A DNA stretch of 5,143 bases, from the IMG/VR virus record IMGVR_UViG_3300045988_005035, positions 1 through 5,143 of that record. One strand, written 5' to 3'. Both the position numbers and the translations under genes were made by a program. The DNA is from a virus. Below the pieces are notes generated by a model. That model worked only from the letters and a program-made list of their open reading frames with translations. It had not been told where the DNA came from and did no database searches. Below, one piece after another: positions 1 through 4,680 of this stretch. Each line of letters starts with the position of its first letter. Position 1 is the first letter of the stretch.

Positions 1-99
1 AATACGGACTTTATACTCCTGACGTAGTACAAAATTCTATTGTAGAAAAACAAAATAATAATGAAAGTAACAATTTAGGAGAAAATGAAGAAAAAAAAT
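1..99. repeat. Terminal direct repeat, copy 1. It is identical to 5045-5143 and marks the overlap of a circular genome assembly.
   Basis: I compared the bases directly: 1-99 (aatacggactttatactcct...gaagaaaaaaaat) equal 5045-5143 with no mismatch. The repeat lies inside a coding region that continues in frame across the junction. Confidence 0.95.
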
Positions 100-101
100 A
101 A
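1..101 (+). CDS. 3' end of the VP3 internal scaffolding protein gene. This is a duplicate copy of 5045-5143 plus the final 2 nt of the stop codon. Codons begin at position 3 and the stop TAA is at 99-101.
   Basis: Reading in frame from TTG 4681 leaves one base (t5143) of the last codon. The identical copy at the window start completes it as TAA at 99-101. The tail reads ...YGLYTPDVVQNSIVEKQNNNESNNLGENEEKK*. Confidence 0.85.
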   Translation, partial: YGLYTPDVVQNSIVEKQNNNESNNLGENEEKK

Positions 102-106
102 AAACA

Positions 107-155
107 GCGGCAGTCGTGCCAGTTACCTACTTGATGTAACTGGCACGACTGACGC
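107..155 (+). other. Long intergenic stem-loop between VP3 and VP1. It has a 16-bp perfect stem and a 9-nt loop, and extends to 19 of 20 bp.
   Basis: 111-126 cagtcgtgccagttac is the exact reverse complement of 136-151 gtaactggcacgactg. The loop is 127-135 ctacttgat. Flanking gcg (107-109) pairs with cgc (153-155) after one g/a mismatch. An A-run lies upstream and there is no T-run downstream, so it is not a canonical + strand intrinsic terminator. Confidence 0.85.
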
Positions 156-229
156 AAAATTAAATTAAACCTTAATAAATGTTTCTTTAGGCTTATTTTT
201 AAGGTTTACACTTTAGAAAGGAGTAGAAA

Positions 230-1969
230 ATGTCACGTAGAATTCGTGTTAAAGGTCATCGCTTTTCAGATGCTCCTGCTATGTATATGCGTCGAACCAA
301 GTTCGACCGCTCACACGTTTATAAGACTACCTTTGATTCAGGTAAGCTTATTCCTGTGTTTGTTGATGAGGTCTTGCCTGGCGACACTTCCAGTTTGAGG
401 GTTAGGTATTTTTCTCGCCTTGCCACTCCCGTAAAACCTATCATGGATAATATCTACCTTGATTGGTTCTTCTTTTTTGTGCCTAACCGCCTTGTGTGGA
501 ATCACTGGCAAAATTTTTGCTTTGAGCAAGAGGATCCTGACGATTCCATTGATTACGTTTGCCCTACCACTTCTTTGGTTGGTAAGGCAGATGATACCTT
601 GCATGGCGTAGGTACCCTTTGGGACTATTTTGGTCTTCCTACAGGTCTTCCTAATACCATATCTGGCATTAATGCCCTTCCGTTCCGTGGTGTTTACCTT
701 ATTTGGAACGAATGGTTCAGGGATGAAAACCTCCAAAAATCCGTAAAAATTCAAAAAGGTGATACTAATGAGGTTTTTGATGGTTCCCGTGTTTCTGAAC
801 AACCTGAATGGCTTCAGGAAATTCCTGAAAGTTATCTTCCCTGCCCTCCTCGCGGTAAACGTCATGACTATTTCACTTCGGCACTTCCTTGGACACAGAA
901 AGGACCTGGCGTTTCTATAGGTCTTGCTGGTACCGCTTCTATAGTTGATCCTACCCCTGATGTTGGTTATCTTCTCCATAGTAACGCTAATCAGCTCGCC
1001 GTTGTTTCTGCCACTCGCAGTGAAGGCAAATCAGGCGGTTATAGAGTTGCAACAGGTAATGGAGTTGTTACGTTTTCCCGTCATGGTTCAGATTCTGATT
1101 CTAGTAGTGTAGGCGGTTTTGCTGGTAATTCCTCTGGTCCGATAACTGTGTCTGCTCAAGTCGCTTCTGCTTACCTTGGCAATGATTCTTATGTTGATTT
1201 GGACACTTCAAGTATCTTTACAATAAATAGTCTTCGTACTGCTTTCCAGATGCAGAAGTTCTATGAGCGCCTTGCTCGTGGCGGTAGTCGGTACACAGAA
1301 GTCTTGCGTTCTTTCTTTGGCGTAGTTTCTCCTGATGCTAGGCTGCAGCGTCCTGAATTTTTAGGTTCGTTTACTAAAATGATGAATATTAATCCTATAG
1401 CTCAGACTTCTAGTACCAACGACACGACACCGCAAGGCAATCTTTCTGCTTATGGTGTTACAGGTGCCAAGTTCCATGGTTTCACGAAATCTTTCGTTGA
1501 GCATGGCTATGTATTTGGTTTCTGCTGCGCTCGTGCTGATTTGACTTATCAGCAGGGTATTAATCGTATGTGGACTAGGTCTACTGTTTATGATTGGTAT
1601 TGGCCCACTTTTGCCCATTTAGGTGAGCAGGCTATTTTGCTTAAGGAAATTTATGCTACTGGTGATACTGAGCAGGATAATTCTGTATTTGGTTATCAGG
1701 AGCGTTATGCTGAGTATCGGTATAAACCTTCTGTGATTTGCGGAAAATTTAGGTCTAATATTAAAGGCAATCTTGATGTATGGCATTTGTCGCAGTACTT
1801 CGAAACTGCTCCTAAGTTGAATTCTGAATTCATTGAGGAAGATGTGCCTATAGGCCGTATTATTGCTGTTCCTAGCGAGCCTCAATTTTTGATTGATATA
1901 GGATTCAAGTACACTACCGTTCGTCCTATGCCTATGTTTGGTACTCCTGGCCTTGTTGACCATTTCTAA
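230..1969 (+). CDS. VP1: Major capsid protein VP1 (Microviridae F-protein family, gokushovirus type), 579 aa.
   Basis: The SD AAGGAG at 218-223 sits 6 nt before the ATG. Gokushovirus VP1 hallmarks are present: FDRSH..KTTFDSGKLIPVFVDEVLPGD, DYFTSALPWTQKG, TINSLRTAFQMQKFYERLARGGSRYTEVLRSFFGV..DARLQRPEFLG. A long variable insertion lies between the conserved blocks. Confidence 0.93.
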   Translation: MSRRIRVKGHRFSDAPAMYMRRTKFDRSHVYKTTFDSGKLIPVFVDEVLPGDTSSLRVRYFSRLATPVKPIMDNIYLDWFFFFVPNRLVWNHWQNFCFEQEDPDDSIDYVCPTTSLVGKADDTLHGVGTLWDYFGLPTGLPNTISGINALPFRGVYLIWNEWFRDENLQKSVKIQKGDTNEVFDGSRVSEQPEWLQEIPESYLPCPPRGKRHDYFTSALPWTQKGPGVSIGLAGTASIVDPTPDVGYLLHSNANQLAVVSATRSEGKSGGYRVATGNGVVTFSRHGSDSDSSSVGGFAGNSSGPITVSAQVASAYLGNDSYVDLDTSSIFTINSLRTAFQMQKFYERLARGGSRYTEVLRSFFGVVSPDARLQRPEFLGSFTKMMNINPIAQTSSTNDTTPQGNLSAYGVTGAKFHGFTKSFVEHGYVFGFCCARADLTYQQGINRMWTRSTVYDWYWPTFAHLGEQAILLKEIYATGDTEQDNSVFGYQERYAEYRYKPSVICGKFRSNIKGNLDVWHLSQYFETAPKLNSEFIEEDVPIGRIIAVPSEPQFLIDIGFKYTTVRPMPMFGTPGLVDHF

Positions 1970-1981
1970 GGAGTTGATTTT

Positions 1982-2740
1982 ATGTCTTGGTTATCTGATG
2001 CGGCTGGCTCTATAGCTGGTTCTATATTTGGCTCTGCTGTTCAGGGTCATTATAATTCTGCCGCTGCAGCTCAGCAGAATGCGTGGAATGTTGAAAATTA
2101 TAAACATCGTTACCAATGGTCTATGGAAGATATGCGCAATGCTGGTCTTAATCCTATTCTTGCCGCTACTAATGGTATTGGTGGTAGCATTGCAGGTGCA
2201 TCTGCTGCTAGTATCGGTATGCCTGATGTTGCTGGCAATCTTAGTTCGGCTCGTGGCGTTTCTGTCGCTTCCAGACAGGCTAAAGTAGCCGAGAATCTTT
2301 CTACTAGTCAGATTGATAAGAATGTTGCTGATGCTAAAGCTTCTTCTGCTAATGCTGATCTTGCTACTGCTAATACTGCTAATGCAGGCCTTCAGAGCAA
2401 GCTTTTGCAGAATGATGTTGATTTTAAGACTAAAACTTTTGACCAGCGTGTACAATTTGAATTTGACCGTATGAAAGCTGAAATTGATAATCTTCATAAG
2501 CTCGGTCAGATGTATGATGCCAATTCTTTGAATGCAACTGCTTCTGCTTTTCGTGCTAATTCTGCGGCCGCTTTTGATGCTGTTCAAACTGAGCTTGCAG
2601 GCTATGAACGTGACTTTTATAAGTCCCTCGGTGACCTTGGAGCTGATGCTAAAGTTATGGGTCCTGCCATTGGTAAAGGTGTTGCTGGTGCTATTGGTAA
2701 AGGCATCGGATTTTTAAGAAAACGTTATTTTGGAAGGTGA
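1982..2740 (+). CDS. VP2: Minor capsid / DNA pilot protein VP2, 252 aa.
   Basis: The SD AAGGAG at 1968-1973 overlaps the VP1 stop and lies 8 nt before the ATG. The N-terminal Gly/Ser/Ala-rich segment is followed by NYKHRYQWSMEDMRNAGLNPILA, which is the conserved gokushovirus VP2 motif. The central part is Ala/Asn-rich and looks helical, and the gene sits immediately downstream of VP1. Confidence 0.88.
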   Translation: MSWLSDAAGSIAGSIFGSAVQGHYNSAAAAQQNAWNVENYKHRYQWSMEDMRNAGLNPILAATNGIGGSIAGASAASIGMPDVAGNLSSARGVSVASRQAKVAENLSTSQIDKNVADAKASSANADLATANTANAGLQSKLLQNDVDFKTKTFDQRVQFEFDRMKAEIDNLHKLGQMYDANSLNATASAFRANSAAAFDAVQTELAGYERDFYKSLGDLGADAKVMGPAIGKGVAGAIGKGIGFLRKRYFGR

Positions 2741-2745
2741 TTTTT

Positions 2746-2985
2746 ATGTCAAACAAAACTACCATGATTCTTACTTTTATCGTATCTGTTGTCGTTCCTT
2801 TTATTCAAGAAGTCGTAGATTTGATTGAAGCTTTAAAAGGTAAGTCCAGCGCTAACTTGGTTACTGCCAAGAAGGTGGCTTCTGACTTTCAAGCCGATGT
2901 TAGTGAAGTTATTACTCCAGTTTCTTCTAAAAAAGATTCTTCTAAAGGTTCTTCTCGTTTTTTCGGTTCTTGGAGAGATAAATAA
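2746..2985 (+). CDS. Small hypothetical membrane protein, 79 aa from ATG 2746. An alternative GTG start at 2737 gives 82 aa. It is a candidate lysis or membrane-associated accessory protein.
   Basis: The SD-like GGAAGG at 2732-2737 lies 8 nt before ATG 2746. The start region abuts the VP2 stop (TGA 2738-2740), and the stop overlaps the next gene's ATG (TAATG). The N-terminus TMILTFIVSVVVPFIQEVVDLI is one hydrophobic helix containing a Pro, followed by a Ser/Lys-rich hydrophilic tail. I recognise no homolog. Confidence 0.6.
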   Translation: MSNKTTMILTFIVSVVVPFIQEVVDLIEALKGKSSANLVTAKKVASDFQADVSEVITPVSSKKDSSKGSSRFFGSWRDK

Positions 2986-3095
2986 TGCGTAGACGCCGGA
3001 TTAGCAGAAGAGGTTCTCGTCGACTCTTTCGCCGTACATCCAAACCCAGACGTAGAAATATTCGTAGAGTACAGCGAGGCGGATTTAGGATTTGA
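2985..3095 (+). CDS. Arginine-rich 36-aa DNA-binding/packaging peptide, analogous to phiX174 J and the small basic VP8/ORF8 of gokushoviruses.
   Basis: My translation is MRRRRISRRGSRRLFRRTSKPRRRNIRRVQRGGFRI*. It has 17 Arg plus 1 Lys in 36 residues and no acidic residue. The ATG overlaps the upstream stop (TAATG at 2983-2987). GGAG at 2972-2975 lies 9 nt upstream. It is below the ORF-track length cutoff. Confidence 0.75.
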   Translation: MRRRRISRRGSRRLFRRTSKPRRRNIRRVQRGGFRI

Positions 3096-3120
3096 CAATT
3101 CCGTTATAATCCGTTATAAT
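3092..3120 (+). promoter_or_regulatory. Consensus sigma70-type promoter driving VP4 and downstream genes: -35 TTGACA at 3092-3097, 17-nt spacer, -10 TATAAT at 3115-3120.
   Basis: Both hexamers match the consensus exactly and the spacer is the optimal 17 nt. The promoter lies in the only sizeable gap before VP4 (ATG 3137). The predicted TSS is around 3127-3128, which gives a leader of only about 10 nt. The -35 overlaps the stop codon of the Arg-rich ORF. Confidence 0.75.
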
Positions 3121-3129
3121 CTGTAACGG
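3101..3129. repeat. Tandem decamer CCGTTATAAT x2 (3101-3110 and 3111-3120) followed by an inverted partial copy TAACGG (3124-3129). It is a candidate operator, iteron or small hairpin.
   Basis: The two 10-nt units are identical. CCGTTA (3111-3116) and TAACGG (3124-3129) are reverse complements, giving a 6-bp stem with the 7-nt loop taatctg. A further ATAACGG copy occurs at 4061-4067. Confidence 0.8.
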
Positions 3130-3136
3130 TGATGAT

Positions 3137-4048
3137 ATGGTTTGCTTTAATCCTATGCTTATGACTGATGTTGTTGGAGCGTATACTAAAAACGGTAAAC
3201 AGCATCGTGCTTTCTATGGTTCTTTGGCTAATAATCCTCATCTCGCTTTTGATAATAGGTTTATTCGTGTTCCCTGTGGTCAGTGTCTTGGTTGCAGGCT
3301 AGAACGTTCACGTCAATGGGCTGTTAGATGCGTGCATGAGGCTCGTGTGTCTGAATCTGCTTATTTCTTGACTTGTACTTTTGACAATTATCATTTGCCT
3401 GCCGATAAATCTTTGTCGGTTAAATTCCATCAAACTTTTTTAAAGAATCTTCGTAGAGAGTTTGGTTCTGGAATTCGTTTTATCGGTTGTGGTGAATATG
3501 GTGAGTTACATGGTCGCCCCCATTATCATTACATTTTTTATAACATTGATTTGTCTGATAAAGTTTTTGCATTCCGTGCCGATGGCTATAATACCTATAC
3601 TAGTCCTCGTTTTGGTAAAGTCTGGAAGTACGGTATGCATCTTATCGGTGAGTTTAGCTTTGATGCCGCTGCTTATGTCGCGCGCTACATAGTTAAAAAG
3701 CAGACTGGTTCTAATTCCAACGAACATTATAAAGGTCGAACTCCTGAATTTCTCGTAGCTTCTCGTAGACCTGGCATTGGTGCAGCTTGGCTTGAGAAGT
3801 ATGGTCAAGACGTTTATTCCAATGATTTTGTTGTTATCAATGGCAGGAAGATGAGGCCTCCTCGCTTTTATGATAATAAGTTTTCCGAAAAATATCCTGA
3901 ATGGATTGACTACGTTAAAGAAAATCGTGTTCAAAAAATGCTCTTTCATCTCGAAAACAACACGTTTGAACGTTTGGTCGACCGTTGTAGGTGCCTTGAA
4001 GGAAAGTATAAAACATTTCTTGGTAGAAAGCTTGACAAACAATTGTGA
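3137..4048 (+). CDS. VP4: Replication initiation protein VP4 (HUH rolling-circle endonuclease, phiX174 protein A superfamily), 303 aa.
   Basis: It carries the conserved gokushovirus VP4 block VPCGQCLGCRLERSRQWAVRC. RCR motif 1 is like FLTCTF, the HUH motif is PHYHYIF, and the catalytic double-Tyr motif is AAYVARYIVKK (YxxxY). Only a weak SD (GGTGA 3129-3133) precedes the ATG. Confidence 0.92.
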   Translation: MVCFNPMLMTDVVGAYTKNGKQHRAFYGSLANNPHLAFDNRFIRVPCGQCLGCRLERSRQWAVRCVHEARVSESAYFLTCTFDNYHLPADKSLSVKFHQTFLKNLRREFGSGIRFIGCGEYGELHGRPHYHYIFYNIDLSDKVFAFRADGYNTYTSPRFGKVWKYGMHLIGEFSFDAAAYVARYIVKKQTGSNSNEHYKGRTPEFLVASRRPGIGAAWLEKYGQDVYSNDFVVINGRKMRPPRFYDNKFSEKYPEWIDYVKENRVQKMLFHLENNTFERLVDRCRCLEGKYKTFLGRKLDKQL

Positions 4049-4321
4049 TTGTGTCATACTATAACGGAAGGAGGCGATAATATAGAGGAGCTAAAGTTTT
4101 TGAAACGTTGGTGTCAATTTAATTCTTATATTTTTAGACCTCATTTTTCAGGTAGCAAATATGCTTGTTACAAGTTTAAATCTTTGGAATGTTCTGTAAT
4201 TCGTATTGATGATATGTATTATGTATTTCCTAAGCTCGAAGCATTGATGTATAATCGTGTTTTAAAATTATATCGTATGCATAAGGAGAAGTTGTCCGAT
4301 GAAAATTTACTCAGTTTATGA
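4049..4321 (+). CDS. Hypothetical protein of unknown function. The start is uncertain. TTG 4049 directly abuts the VP4 stop and gives 90 aa. TTG 4100, 9 nt after GAGGAG at 4085-4090, gives 73 aa.
   Basis: The open frame fills the VP4-VP5 interval on the coding strand, and its 3' end overlaps the VP5 start by 23 nt. A strong SD-like GGAAGGAGG at 4066-4074 has no canonical start at proper spacing; only the in-frame ATA at 4082 is available. I recognise no motif. It contains four Cys, is Tyr/Phe/Lys-rich, and looks locally more AT-rich than the core genes by eye. Confidence 0.5.
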   Translation: MCHTITEGGDNIEELKFLKRWCQFNSYIFRPHFSGSKYACYKFKSLECSVIRIDDMYYVFPKLEALMYNRVLKLYRMHKEKLSDENLLSL

Positions 4322-4577
4322 CAAAAAGGCTGAATCTTTTAGCCCCCCGTATGTTGCTCATAATGATTTGATTGCTCTTCGCAATTTTGAAGGGAGTGTG
4401 AATAATCCTGAGTTCCCTATTTCGAAATACCCTGATGATTTTGCTCTCTATTATCTTGGCAATATTGGCGATATGGATGGGCGCTATTACCTTAGCGATG
4501 ATGAACTTAACACCGTAATGCCAAAACTTATAGGCGAAGCTCGTGATTATATTGCAAAATCTTCTGAAAAGGAGTAA
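4299..4577 (+). CDS. VP5: Small nonstructural protein VP5 (gokushovirus ORF5 family, implicated in ssDNA synthesis/packaging), 92 aa.
   Basis: AAGGAG at 4283-4288 lies upstream of the ATG. The N-terminus MKIYSVYDKKAESFSPPYVAHNDLIALRNF, then ISKYPDDFALYYLGNIGDMDG, matches the remembered VP5 pattern (MK.F.vYD.K.e.f..Pf...n...A.R.F....P.D..L...G.fD...G). Position after VP4 is typical. Confidence 0.75.
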   Translation: MKIYSVYDKKAESFSPPYVAHNDLIALRNFEGSVNNPEFPISKYPDDFALYYLGNIGDMDGRYYLSDDELNTVMPKLIGEARDYIAKSSEKE

Positions 4578-4587
4578 TATAAAAAAG

Positions 4588-4639
4588 AGCGATGCAAACT
4601 AAGACGTTCTCAATTGAGAACGTCTTTTTTTGCATCGCT
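4588..4639 (+). terminator. Compound hairpin with an intrinsic-terminator architecture, immediately after VP5.
   Basis: The outer stem pairs agcgatgcaaa (4588-4598) with tttgcatcgct (4629-4639). A 2x2 internal loop separates it from an inner perfect 26-nt palindrome, aagacgttctc-aatt-gagaacgtctt (4601-4626). The inner stem runs into a T7 tract (4625-4631). The structure starts 11 nt after the VP5 stop (TAA 4575-4577). Confidence 0.75.
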
Positions 4640-4680
4640 ACGCCCGCCGCGTTTAGGCGCTTGCGAAAGGAGGTGAAACT

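Noticed and set aside
131-229. Possible promoter for VP1, for example TTGATG (131-136), TTAAAC (165-170) with TAGGCT (188-193), or TTTACA (205-210).
   Set aside because: None pairs a decent -35 with a decent -10 at 16-18 nt spacing. TTTACA would put the -10 on the start codon. VP1 may simply be expressed by readthrough from upstream. A VP1 promoter cannot be supported from sequence alone.
2330-2400. Short GCTAAT/GCTGAT reiterations in VP2 (ANADLATANTANAG) that look like a microsatellite.
   Set aside because: They are imperfect and in frame. They are explained by an Ala/Asn-rich helical segment with strong GCT/AAT codon preference, not by a discrete repeat element.
3870-4064. A 64-aa + strand ORF overlapping the 3' end of VP4 in the +1 frame.
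   Set aside because: It has no SD and no recognisable features, and is neither notably hydrophobic nor basic. It is explained by chance openness in an AT-rich region and also collides with the start region of the next ORF.
4050-4090. Resemblance to the phiX174 origin (ACTATA and GATAATATA elements) as the VP4 nick site.
   Set aside because: The matches are a few AT-rich bases and could easily arise by chance. The gokushovirus origin sequence is not something I can recognise reliably. It is kept only as a test oligo suggestion in the promoter/iteron finding.
4211-4230. A dif-like XerC/XerD site (gatatgtattatgtatttcc). Some enterobacterial gokushoviruses integrate via dif mimicry.
   Set aside because: Only a short TTATGT/TGTAT core resembles dif, and both flanking arms diverge. 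It also lies inside a coding frame. Taking the terminal repeat as assembly overlap, there is no evidence of integration.
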